Origin: Bacteroidales bacterium
Lineage (GTDB): Bacteria; Bacteroidota; Bacteroidia; Bacteroidales; VadinHA17
Assembly (NCBI GenBank): GCA_049294075.1
Contig: JBAQCK010000111.1
Coordinates: 2,946 to 66,945 of the forward strand
Length of the DNA: 64,000 nt
Direction: 5' to 3'
Under the pieces are notes generated by a model. The model did no database searches, was not told the origin of the DNA, and was given only the letters and a program-made list of their open reading frames with translations. The position numbers and the translations under genes were made by a program. This document shows, one piece after another, positions 10,629 to 19,602 of this stretch. How positions within the stretch are numbered: position 1 is the stretch's first letter; the number at the start of each line of letters is the position of its first letter.

Positions 10629-11435
10629 ATGGAAAATATTTCTGGGCTGATTGCCGGCAAGCATATTATATTCTGCAACTGCGGAGGCGAAAGAATTGAT
10701 AACGGATTACTGAAGGATGTTGAAGGACATCTTGGGAAAGTACCCTCAAGGGTCACCAGGTTGTCGGACCTGTGCGGCTTAGCCGCAAGAGAGAAAGATA
10801 AACTGACTGATTTGTTTTTAGCTGGTGAAGATTGTCTTGTCATTGGCTGTCATAGAAGGAGCATGGATATTTTGTTCGGGCAGGCCAGGGATTTGAACGC
10901 CCCCTCTCCTCTTTTCAGTCACCTCAATCTTATTGATTCATCTTTCTCAGAAGCTGCCAGGCAGATTGACGAATTCTGCGGGAACCAGAACGGAACGCCA
11001 CTGGTAACCGATATTAAAGAAGAATCAGGATGGCCCTCGTGGTATCCGGTTATCGATTATTCGAGATGCACCTCCTGCGGCCAGTGCGCTGATTTCTGCC
11101 TCTTCGGGGTTTACAGCAAGGAAGAAGGCCGCGTATTGGTTGCCAATCCTGAGGGTTGCAAGAACAATTGTCCTGCTTGCGCAAGGATTTGTCCTGCCAC
11201 TGCCATCATCTTCCCAAAATACAGGCACGGAGGTGCAATAGGCGGTTCGGATGAGATAGACGAACAGTCGGAGCAACAGAGGCAGGCACATGATATTGAA
11301 GAATTTTTGGGTAACGACATATACCAGGCCCTGCAGGTAAGGAAACTGAAAAGGCAGTCGATTATCAGAAAAGAGGCTATGAAAAAGGCGCTTTCGGAGA
11401 GGGACAGGGCTCGCGATGAATCATCTTTAATTTGA
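10629..11435 (+). CDS. 4Fe-4S dicluster ferredoxin-domain protein with a Cys-containing N-terminal domain
   Basis: 268 aa. CTSCGQCADFC ... CKNNCPACARICP form two ferredoxin-type Cys motifs. The N-terminal domain carries FCNCGG and IGCH. A charged C-terminal tail follows. Lies 9 nt upstream of the radical SAM gene. Confidence 0.7.
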   Translation: MENISGLIAGKHIIFCNCGGERIDNGLLKDVEGHLGKVPSRVTRLSDLCGLAAREKDKLTDLFLAGEDCLVIGCHRRSMDILFGQARDLNAPSPLFSHLNLIDSSFSEAARQIDEFCGNQNGTPLVTDIKEESGWPSWYPVIDYSRCTSCGQCADFCLFGVYSKEEGRVLVANPEGCKNNCPACARICPATAIIFPKYRHGGAIGGSDEIDEQSEQQRQAHDIEEFLGNDIYQALQVRKLKRQSIIRKEAMKKALSERDRARDESSLI

Positions 11436-11444
11436 ACATAAGCA

Positions 11445-12623
11445 ATGTCGATATATAAAAATTTTATCAATGCTGACAGAAAATGCCGGAGAAAATTTCT
11501 GGTAAACATGGGATGGAAAGGCTTTCTTGGTTTCAGCAAATTCCGAAGGAGAGTCCGGAAAGGTTTGCCTTTCCCTGCTTTTCAATTCATTTCATTAACA
11601 AACGACTGTAACCTTCGGTGTCAGGGATGCTGGGTCACGGCTGCCGGCAAGCCTGATTACATGCCTCTTGAAAAGATTAATTCAGTTATTGAAGACGGGA
11701 AAAGGCACGGATCGTATTTCAACGGGATACTAGGAGGAGAACCTCTTATGCATCCGGATCTGATGGAAATCTTCAGGAAGCACCAGGATTGCTATTTCCA
11801 GCTATTCACAAACGGCACCATGCTCACCAGGTCAGTTGCCTCGGAACTACGGAAAAACGGCAACGTTACACCTTTGATAAGTCTTGAAGGAGATGAACTG
11901 GTTGCCGACGTCCGCCGTGGAGGAAACAACATATACAACAGGACTATTGAAGCTATTCGTATTGCCGTGTCGGAGAAACTGATAACCGGTGTGGCTATCA
12001 GCGTCTGCAAATCTAATATTGAGATGGCCCTTTCTGATGAATTTGTAAATAAACTTCATGATCTGGGTGTCATTTATCTCTGGTACTACATCTACCGTCC
12101 GGCCGGGAGCAAGCCCAACTATGATCTTGCTCTTGATGCTGATGAGATACTGCGGCTCAGAAAATTTCTTGTTGACGGACGGACCAGGTTTCCGATGGTC
12201 TTGATTGATTCCTACTGGAGCGCGAAAGGTGAGCCATTTTGCCCGGCAGCCGACGGACTGAGTCATCATATAAATGCTGCCGGCTACATTGAGCCTTGTC
12301 CTGTTCTGCAGATTGCTGCCAACAGAATTAAACCGGGCGATTTGAAATCACCTTATGATGGTTCTGAGTTTCTGAGGGATTTCCGGGAGCAGATACACCT
12401 TAAAACGAAGGGCTGTGTACTGATGGAAGATCCTGTCTGGGTGAAAGCTTTCAGTGAAAAGCATCATGCTCTTAATACCTCGAACAGGCCTGAATACCTG
12501 GATGCTCTTGAGAGGGCACCGCGACTGCCAAGTCATGGATCGATTCCTGCGATCCCTGAGAGGAACTTCATTTACAGGTTTGCTAAACGAACTGCATTTT
12601 TTGGAATGGGAGCTTATGGATAA
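11445..12623 (+). CDS. Radical SAM protein (MoaA/NifB/PqqE-like core)
   Basis: 392 aa. TNDCNLRCQGCW is the CxxxCxxC motif, followed by GGEPLMHPD. Further Cys residues occur in the C-terminal part (FCPAADG...EPCPV...GCV). The stop overlaps the next gene's start by 8 nt. Confidence 0.8.
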   Translation: MSIYKNFINADRKCRRKFLVNMGWKGFLGFSKFRRRVRKGLPFPAFQFISLTNDCNLRCQGCWVTAAGKPDYMPLEKINSVIEDGKRHGSYFNGILGGEPLMHPDLMEIFRKHQDCYFQLFTNGTMLTRSVASELRKNGNVTPLISLEGDELVADVRRGGNNIYNRTIEAIRIAVSEKLITGVAISVCKSNIEMALSDEFVNKLHDLGVIYLWYYIYRPAGSKPNYDLALDADEILRLRKFLVDGRTRFPMVLIDSYWSAKGEPFCPAADGLSHHINAAGYIEPCPVLQIAANRIKPGDLKSPYDGSEFLRDFREQIHLKTKGCVLMEDPVWVKAFSEKHHALNTSNRPEYLDALERAPRLPSHGSIPAIPERNFIYRFAKRTAFFGMGAYG

Positions 12624-14232
12624 CATAAATCAGAATATTAAGGAAGTTGAATTGGAAGCTGTTTTGCCTCTGGTTGTTCCATTGGTAAATGAGCAGCGTG
12701 ATGAGATCAGGAGGAAAGTGAAGAAATTCTTCTCTGAAAGGAAGATAATGCCGCCTGTATCATACGATCAGCTGGCAGTTTATGCCGGTATCCTCATATC
12801 GGAAAACAACTGGGACGAAAGTCATAAGGCATTTGTAATGGTATGCGGGGGAAATGAAATATGGAGGCCTATAGTTGGTTCCATACCATTCGACCGCCGT
12901 ATGCTTCTGCTCCCGATGTGCCTAAGAAACAGTAAACTATGCACGGGAGTGGAAGATGAGCTTGGCCTTTTGTGCAGTGAATGCGGAAACTGCAATATCT
13001 GCTGTTTCCTGAAAGAAGCCGAGGACCTTGGATACATCACGATTGTGGCAGAAGGTACGACAATTGCAACCCGCCTTGTCGAAAGCGGCAAGGTTGATGC
13101 TGTCGTAGGTGTGGGTTGCATGGAAGTGCTTAGAAAAATGTTCAGTTCGGTAACAAAATATTCGATTCCGGCTATTGGGATTCCACTTGTTACCTGCGGA
13201 TGCAAGGATACACAGGCCGATGCTCTCTGGGTGAGTGAGGAAATCAATTACATAGACAGAAATTCAGATTTTAAATTATTGAACATCAATAATCTGAAAG
13301 AAAAGACCTCTGCCCTCTTCACGGAGGCACGAATTGACAGCATGCTTGGACTTGCCGGTTCCTTAACGGGAAAGATGGTCAGGGAGATGCTTATGGCCGG
13401 AGGCAAAAGGATCCGTCCATTGCTCACCGTTCTTGCCTATGAGGCATTCGACAGTGATCCGGATCAGGATCTCCTTGCTCATCTGGCAATGTCGGTGGAG
13501 TGTTTCCACAAAGCCTCCCTGGTTCACGATGACATTGAAGACAATGATTCATTCAGGTATGGAAAGGAGACTATTCATACCCGCTACGGGATACCTGTTG
13601 CCATTAATCTGGGTGATCTTCTTATCGGTGAGGGCTACAGGCTGCTGGCTGAAAGCGGTCTGTCTCAGGATCGCACGGGTGAGTGCTTTAAAGCAGTTGC
13701 ACAGGGTCACAGGGCAATGTCGATTGGACAGGGAGATGAACTTATGGCCCGGCACGACGGAAGGATACTCACCATGGATGAAATTATTGAGGTTTTCAGG
13801 AACAAAACCTCTGCCGCCTTCAAGGTGTCACTGCAGGTTGGGGCTATCGCGGCAGGCGCTGATAAGAAAACGCTGGACCTGCTTGAACAATTCAGCGACC
13901 TGATCGGAATCGCTTATCAGATGAAGGATGACCTTGAGGATTTCACAGTCGCAAACGGGTTTTCATCATTTGATGATCAGTCGATTCTGATTTCACTTCT
14001 GGCCGGGCAGGCCGGGCCCGCTGACCTCAGTGTTGTCACCGGAGCATTGAAAAACAAGAGTATGAAGGAACTGCATCCCATCGCGGAAAAATATCACATC
14101 AGGGAACAGATAACAACGATGCTTGCAGAGTATCTGGAGAAGACATACCAGTGCGTGGAAAATTTCGCCAACCTGAGGCTGAAACTTGCCCTGAATGAGA
14201 TAGTGGGAAAAACTTTCGGAGATCATGTTTAG
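12616..14232 (+). CDS. Fusion protein: DUF116-like Cys-rich domain + trans-polyprenyl diphosphate synthase
   Basis: The track ORF starts at 12454, but the in-frame ATG at 12616 (MDNINQ) overlaps the upstream stop, so I call the start there. N-terminal half: LLLPMCLRNSKLC...CSECGNCNICCF...VGVGCMEV...GIPLVTCGC, matching my recollection of DUF116. C-terminal half: FARM LVHDDIED and SARM YQMKDDLED. Confidence 0.8.
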   Translation: MDNINQNIKEVELEAVLPLVVPLVNEQRDEIRRKVKKFFSERKIMPPVSYDQLAVYAGILISENNWDESHKAFVMVCGGNEIWRPIVGSIPFDRRMLLLPMCLRNSKLCTGVEDELGLLCSECGNCNICCFLKEAEDLGYITIVAEGTTIATRLVESGKVDAVVGVGCMEVLRKMFSSVTKYSIPAIGIPLVTCGCKDTQADALWVSEEINYIDRNSDFKLLNINNLKEKTSALFTEARIDSMLGLAGSLTGKMVREMLMAGGKRIRPLLTVLAYEAFDSDPDQDLLAHLAMSVECFHKASLVHDDIEDNDSFRYGKETIHTRYGIPVAINLGDLLIGEGYRLLAESGLSQDRTGECFKAVAQGHRAMSIGQGDELMARHDGRILTMDEIIEVFRNKTSAAFKVSLQVGAIAAGADKKTLDLLEQFSDLIGIAYQMKDDLEDFTVANGFSSFDDQSILISLLAGQAGPADLSVVTGALKNKSMKELHPIAEKYHIREQITTMLAEYLEKTYQCVENFANLRLKLALNEIVGKTFGDHV

Positions 14233-15067
14233 GCTTCTTGCAACTCCTTATATAAAGAAGTTTGAAGGGAAAAGCCCTGAAAAGATCCTGAAGCTTTCCC
14301 TGAACCTTCTCGACCCGGGATTTACCGCGAACCTTAGGGATTATGTCAGAACTTCGCAGACACAATCGGGCGGGTTTAAGGACAGGGCAGGAAATCCTGA
14401 TCTTTATTATACTCTTTTTGGCTGGTTTGTTGCGGATGCTCTTGGAATGAAACAGGAGTGCTCACTTGTCTGGCCTTATGTCAGAACGGAGATAAGACTG
14501 AAGGAGCCGGAGGGAGTATATCTCCATTGTGCTGCAGTCTTGTCGGCTGTAAACGGGCAGGCAAAGTTTTTCAGGAAATCATTCGGCGCAAAACTGAGGC
14601 AGTCTGCAGGAATGAAGGATCAAAAACTTTACGGATCTTTCCTGAGCCTTTTGAGTTTTTATTACCTGATGGATTTCAGAGGTTTGTTCCGGATCAGGCA
14701 AAATCTAAGGTCGGTTACAGGAATTGACACCCTCCCCTGCCCGGTTACTTCAGCATCACTTGTTCTCAGCAAGAGTTTCAGGGAGCCTGTGGACGGACTT
14801 ATTAATGTTCTTATGACATTTTATGACGGAAAGGGAGGTTTCAGGGCAACACATTCCACCACAATGGCTGATCTGCTTTCCACTGCCGTTGCCTTATATG
14901 CCCTCCGGTTTGCCGGATATGACCTCAGGGAAATAAAACCGGACTCGCTCGATTTTGCAGATTCACTATTCAGGGATGGAGGTTTTTCCGGTCATCCGCT
15001 TGATCCGGATCCCGATATTGAATACACTTTTTATGGCCTGCTTGCACTGGGCTCACTGAATGATTAA
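14225..15067 (+). CDS. Prenyltransferase/squalene-oxidase repeat protein (single alpha/alpha-barrel size)
   Basis: 280 aa. Repeated GGF motifs typical of the terpenoid cyclase/prenyltransferase alpha-alpha toroid: SGGFKDRAGNPDLYYT, KGGFRATHS..ADLLSTAVALYAL, DGGFSGHP...EYTFYGLLAL. Overlaps both neighbours by 8 nt. Confidence 0.65.
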   Translation: MFRLLATPYIKKFEGKSPEKILKLSLNLLDPGFTANLRDYVRTSQTQSGGFKDRAGNPDLYYTLFGWFVADALGMKQECSLVWPYVRTEIRLKEPEGVYLHCAAVLSAVNGQAKFFRKSFGAKLRQSAGMKDQKLYGSFLSLLSFYYLMDFRGLFRIRQNLRSVTGIDTLPCPVTSASLVLSKSFREPVDGLINVLMTFYDGKGGFRATHSTTMADLLSTAVALYALRFAGYDLREIKPDSLDFADSLFRDGGFSGHPLDPDPDIEYTFYGLLALGSLND

Positions 15068-16871
15068 TACCGACATGGACAGAATTACTCAAAGATACAA
15101 CGAACTTGTTGCTCAGCTTATCGATAAACGCAATTCTGAAGGATTCTGGACAGGCAGACTTTCGACCAGCGCCCTGTCGACCTCAGTGGCAATTGTCGCC
15201 CTGAAACTTTCAGGGAATACCGAAGACCATAGCAGAGTTGAAGCTGGTTTTACATGGCTCTGTCGCAACATAAATTCAGACGGAGGCTATGGTGACACAC
15301 CGGAGTCGGTAAGCAACCTGAGCACCACTCTTCTTTGCTACTCCGCAATTCACTTCTGCCAGAAAGGAGATTCGGGGAAACATGTTATTGCTGCAATGGA
15401 TAAATGGCTTGCCGGTTACGGCATCAACATTAATTCCTCGGATGTTGTGCGTTCTATTCTGGATGTTTACGGAAACGATTACACGTTTTCGGTTCCGATA
15501 CTGTCGATGCTTACACTTTGCGGTGTCTTGCCCGCGTCTTCGCTGGATAGTATACCCCGCCTGCCCTTTGAACTTACCCTGCTGCCTGCTTCCTTATACA
15601 GGTTCCTGAATCTGAAGGTTGTAAGCTACGCACTCCCTGCACTAATCGGCGTTGGAATATACCATCACAGCAAAAGAAGCAAAGGCATACCTGGAATCAG
15701 GCAGATAAGGGAGAAACTCATAGGGCCAGCCATCAAAAAACTTGACGGACTTCTGCCCGAAAGCGGAGGCTTTCTTGAAGCCATTCCACTGACGGGCTTT
15801 GTTGCCATGTGTCTGATAGATTGCGGAAAGACCGAAAATGATACCGTTTGTAAGGGACTTGATTTCCTGCGCAAACAGCAACGGGAAGAGGGTGGATGGC
15901 CCATCGACACGGATTTGTCGACCTGGGTGACTACCCTGTCAGTCAAGACTCTGGGAGAAGATATAAACATGGTACTGAAACAAAAGGAAATCGATGCCCT
16001 CAGAGCTCACCTCCTTAAACTTCAATATAAAACCATCCATCCTTTCAATGGAGCAAATCCCGGCGGATGGGGCTGGACAAGCTATTCAGGCTCCGTTCCC
16101 GATGCTGACGACACTCCCGGGGCTATCCTTGCACTCCTGCTTCTCTTTACAGGAAAAGAGGCCGAGATTGCCGCTGTTGAAAATGGCTGCAAATGGCTTA
16201 CAGGCCTGCAGAATAACGACGGAGGATTTCCAACCTTCTGCAGGGGCTGGGGTAAACTGCCCTTTGACCGGAGCTGCGCCGATCTTACCGGACATGCGCT
16301 TCTTGCCATGCTGAAATCGGTTGAAATCCTTCATGATAAAATGAACAAAAAGCTGCTTGCTGATATCGACAGGACTATCTCAAAGGCAACCGCTTACCTG
16401 GAAAAGCACCAATCGGATGAGGGATCCTGGCTGCCTCTGTGGTTTGGCAACCAGCTGACTGCTGACAAAACCAATCCGGTGTACGGCACGGCGAAGGTGT
16501 GCATTTACCTTAGCGATTCACTAAGCTTTAAACGTCCGGGAAAAGATTTCATCACCAGGATAGATATTATGGTAAGGAAGGCGCAGGGATTTCTTCTGAA
16601 ACAGCAAAACATCGACGGAAGCTGGGGAGGGAAGTCAGGGATTGAAGGCTCGATTGAAGAGACCTCGCTGGCAGTAAGCGCCCTTGCAGAAGTATACACT
16701 GATGAGTGTCAAAGAGGTATCAACTGGCTTCTCAGCCGCGGAAATATTACTGCCGCGCCGATTGGCCTCTATTTCGCCATGCTGTGGTACGATGAAGAGC
16801 TTTACCCACTAATTTACCATGTTGAAGCCCTGCGGAAATACATAAAATATCATGGAGGTGGGGAAAAATAA
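15060..16871 (+). CDS. Class II terpene cyclase (squalene-hopene cyclase superfamily)
   Basis: 603 aa. DxDD proton-donor motif VPDADDTPGAIL. Several QW-type repeats: FLRKQQREEGGW, YLEKHQSDEGSW, FLLKQQNIDGSWGG, WLTGLQNNDGGF. Confidence 0.8.
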   Translation: MINTDMDRITQRYNELVAQLIDKRNSEGFWTGRLSTSALSTSVAIVALKLSGNTEDHSRVEAGFTWLCRNINSDGGYGDTPESVSNLSTTLLCYSAIHFCQKGDSGKHVIAAMDKWLAGYGININSSDVVRSILDVYGNDYTFSVPILSMLTLCGVLPASSLDSIPRLPFELTLLPASLYRFLNLKVVSYALPALIGVGIYHHSKRSKGIPGIRQIREKLIGPAIKKLDGLLPESGGFLEAIPLTGFVAMCLIDCGKTENDTVCKGLDFLRKQQREEGGWPIDTDLSTWVTTLSVKTLGEDINMVLKQKEIDALRAHLLKLQYKTIHPFNGANPGGWGWTSYSGSVPDADDTPGAILALLLLFTGKEAEIAAVENGCKWLTGLQNNDGGFPTFCRGWGKLPFDRSCADLTGHALLAMLKSVEILHDKMNKKLLADIDRTISKATAYLEKHQSDEGSWLPLWFGNQLTADKTNPVYGTAKVCIYLSDSLSFKRPGKDFITRIDIMVRKAQGFLLKQQNIDGSWGGKSGIEGSIEETSLAVSALAEVYTDECQRGINWLLSRGNITAAPIGLYFAMLWYDEELYPLIYHVEALRKYIKYHGGGEK

Positions 16872-17037
16872 ACCGGATTTATCCTAATGATAAATTACTC
16901 TATTCGTGATCAGAAATCATTTTTTCTTTTTGACGCTTATATGGCGAACAAAAATGAAAACATGGGTGAAATTTGTAAATTAAGGTTATAGTAAGAATTT
17001 AATAATCATATCAACTAACAAAAAAGCTTTAAGAAGG

Positions 17038-18330
17038 ATGAAAACAGGAAAATTATTGACAGCAGTGCTGGTTGCAATGCTCAGCATTTCGAATTTAATG
17101 GCTCAGGACTGGCCTCAGTTCCTCGGACCTGACAGGAACAGCAAGTCGGCAGAAAAAGGTATTCTCCGCACATGGCCTGCCAATGGTCCGGAAGTGCTGT
17201 GGACAGCAAATGTAGGACCAGGTTTTGGCGGACCTGCAATCAAAGCAGGAAAAGTATATCTTCTCGACAGGGATGACAAAGTGGGTGAAACTCTCAGGTG
17301 TTTTGACCTCAATACAGGCAAGGAACTCTGGAAGTACAGTTACAGCGCTCCCGGATCTGTTCAGTTTCCGGGTTCACGGTATGTTCCGACCGTTGACGGG
17401 AATTATGTGTATTCAGTGGGTCATAACGGGGATATATACTGCATCGATATAAATACTCACAAGCCGGTCTGGAATAAAAACATCTGGACTGATTACGGAG
17501 GAGAAAAGCTTCCTACATGGGCAATTACGCAATGTCCGCTCGTTTATGGCGATATTGTCCTTGTGGCCTCACAGGCTCCTCAGGCCGGTGTTGTGGCATA
17601 TAACAAACTTACCGGCGCCGTTAAGTGGAAGACTCCTTCACTCGGCGCTGTGGGCTATGTAAGTCCTGCGATTGTAAAAATATCTGGTGAGGACCATGTT
17701 GTAATGGTAACAGCATCGAAAAGAGGCGGAGGAATGGGGAAAATTGTAGGCATTAAACCTCAGGACGGAAAGATACTCTGGGAGTATGCTGACTGGAACT
17801 GCAATATTCCCGTTGCAAGCGCAGTTGATGCAGGCCAGAACAGGATTCTTGTCGCCGGAGGATATGAGCTTGGAACAGTAATGATTAAAGTGGATAAAAA
17901 GGCTGACGGATCGTTCACTGTAAGCGAGCTCTTCAAGCATAACAATTTTGGTGAGCACACAAAACCTCCTATCCTGCATAACGGTTATTTCTATGGCCAA
18001 TTTTCGACCAACAGCAAGCGCGACGGACTGGTCTGCATGGATATGAACGGAGAAATAAAATGGAAAACAATGAGATCACCCAACTTTGACAAAGGCAGCA
18101 TGATCCTTGTCGACGGCCTGATCATTGCAACTGACGGAGCAAACTCCCTCTACCTTATTGATCCGAGCCCCGAAGGCTACAAGCAGCTTGCCACGGCAAA
18201 AATGCTTAATGCTGCTGAAGGCGCGGACGCCAGGTTTGCAACACAGAACTGGGCTCCGATTGCACTTTCAGGCGGAAAACTTCTGATAAGGGACCAGGGC
18301 CAGATGAAATGTGTCAAGGTGACCCGATAA
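17038..18330 (+). CDS. PQQ-like (BamB/YVTN-type) beta-propeller repeat protein, signal peptide (paralog 1)
   Basis: 430 aa. Signal peptide ...ISNLMAQ, then DWPQFLGPDRNS...VLW. Repeated ...G.VY......G.L.C.D..TG...W blades. Confidence 0.75.
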   Translation: MKTGKLLTAVLVAMLSISNLMAQDWPQFLGPDRNSKSAEKGILRTWPANGPEVLWTANVGPGFGGPAIKAGKVYLLDRDDKVGETLRCFDLNTGKELWKYSYSAPGSVQFPGSRYVPTVDGNYVYSVGHNGDIYCIDINTHKPVWNKNIWTDYGGEKLPTWAITQCPLVYGDIVLVASQAPQAGVVAYNKLTGAVKWKTPSLGAVGYVSPAIVKISGEDHVVMVTASKRGGGMGKIVGIKPQDGKILWEYADWNCNIPVASAVDAGQNRILVAGGYELGTVMIKVDKKADGSFTVSELFKHNNFGEHTKPPILHNGYFYGQFSTNSKRDGLVCMDMNGEIKWKTMRSPNFDKGSMILVDGLIIATDGANSLYLIDPSPEGYKQLATAKMLNAAEGADARFATQNWAPIALSGGKLLIRDQGQMKCVKVTR

Positions 18331-18375
18331 TGATTCCGGTGACGGAAAACAACCTTCAAAGCATCGACAACTCCA

Positions 18376-18666
18376 ATGAGAACCCTGTTTAAAAAGATTG
18401 AAGAAAAAGATATGCCTGAGAAGTTCACTCCTATCAGGCTTCTTTTCTTTAGTCTGTTATGCTCGGTGTTCTTCATCTATCCCAACATCACATTCTTTTC
18501 CATGGAACGCGAGCACCTTGGGGAGTCAAAAAACACGATGCATCTTATGTTCTTTATTTTCAGATATCTTTATTTCGCAGGCCTGACATGGTTTCTTATT
18601 AGCGTCAATCTGAGGAAGCTGAAGACTCCTTTTTTTAGTAAACGTTTGCTGTATTTCTTCCTTTAA
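18376..18666 (+). CDS. Small hydrophobic protein; possibly the N-terminal remnant of a LytS-type sensor kinase
   Basis: 96 aa with 2-3 hydrophobic segments. It ends 10 nt before a LytTR response regulator, where Bacteroidota normally encode a ~350-aa sensor kinase. No kinase domain is present. Confidence 0.3.
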   Translation: MRTLFKKIEEKDMPEKFTPIRLLFFSLLCSVFFIYPNITFFSMEREHLGESKNTMHLMFFIFRYLYFAGLTWFLISVNLRKLKTPFFSKRLLYFFL

Positions 18667-18676
18667 ATGATCTGAC

Positions 18677-19279
18677 ATGAGAATTCTGATTGTGGAAGAC
18701 GAAACTGCAGCCTGCGAAAATCTGGCAGTGATCCTGAAGGAAATTGAACCAGAAATTCAGATTGCAGGCTGTACAGAAAGCATTACCCAGACAGTCAGAT
18801 GGTTGAAAAACAATGAGCTGCCTGATCTGATCCTGATGGATATCCATTTGTCGGACGGTTCGGCTTTCTCTGTTTTTGATAAACTTACAATAGAAACACC
18901 GGTTATTTTCACTACGGCTTTTGATCAGTATGCCATAGAAGCATTTAGGGTCAACAGCATCGATTATCTGCTTCAGCCTGTAGGTATTGAAGAGGTTTCA
19001 TGCTTCTATACAACCGACAAGAACACCAGAGTCTGCCTGAAGAACGGCAGCTGGTATTCCTATCCAGGAACTCTTGATCAGATTGAATCCACATTGAATC
19101 CCGCGGAATTCATCCGGGCGAACAAACAATTCATCGTTGCCCGGAACAGTGTCAGGAATCTGACAATATGGTTCGACAGCCGTTTGCTTGTGACTCTTGA
19201 TGTAGAAACCCCGGAACGTATTTATGTCAGCAAAAACAGGGCAGCGGGATTCAAGGCATGGATAGTGAGGAATACATGA
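18677..19279 (+). CDS. LytTR-family response regulator, apparently shortened by an in-frame internal deletion
   Basis: 200 aa. Receiver domain MRILIVEDE...LILMDIHLSDG...IFTTAFDQYA...IDYLLQP runs directly into the mid-LytTR domain (FIRANKQFIV...). The roughly 40-aa linker and first LytTR strands expected in this family are missing. Confidence 0.7.
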   Translation: MRILIVEDETAACENLAVILKEIEPEIQIAGCTESITQTVRWLKNNELPDLILMDIHLSDGSAFSVFDKLTIETPVIFTTAFDQYAIEAFRVNSIDYLLQPVGIEEVSCFYTTDKNTRVCLKNGSWYSYPGTLDQIESTLNPAEFIRANKQFIVARNSVRNLTIWFDSRLLVTLDVETPERIYVSKNRAAGFKAWIVRNT

Positions 19280-19511
19280 CCCTGATGCCCCGGAACCGGA
19301 ATTGAAGACTGGAACATAAAAAGATGTTAAAAAACATTAAATTTTAGTTTGCGGAAGATGTTGACAAGCATGATTTTATAGTTGATTGAAGTAGTTTTTA
19401 TATCTTGCGGCCACAACACTCAAATCTGTTTAAACTCAGGCTAAAATAATTATTGATAGTATTATGAAGTACTGTAAATCAACTATTAAAATCAAAAAAA
19501 TCCCAATATGA

Positions 19512-19569
19512 AACCCACATGTATCAAATACACAAACACGTATGTATATAAATTTCAAACATGTGGGTT
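19512..19569. repeat. 11-bp perfect inverted repeat (AACCCACATGT / ACATGTGGGTT) with a 36-nt spacer
   Basis: Arms at 19512-19522 and 19559-19569, read directly. The right arm ends 34 nt upstream of the ATG at 19603. Confidence 0.8.
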
Positions 19570-19602
19570 CCATCAGACCTTAAAAATCAAAATTATATAC
19601 TT

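Noticed and set aside
12454-12615. N-terminal 54 codons of the track ORF 12454..14232
   Set aside because: This stretch overlaps the 3' end of the radical SAM gene in another frame. The ATG at 12616 overlapping the upstream stop is the more plausible start.
15060-16871. Calling the cyclase shc and the cluster a hopanoid (hpn) locus
   Set aside because: Only the superfamily (DxDD, QW repeats) is supported. No squalene synthase and none of the typical hopanoid hpn side-chain genes are visible. The neighbouring radical SAM does not resemble my recollection of HpnH. The product is therefore left open.
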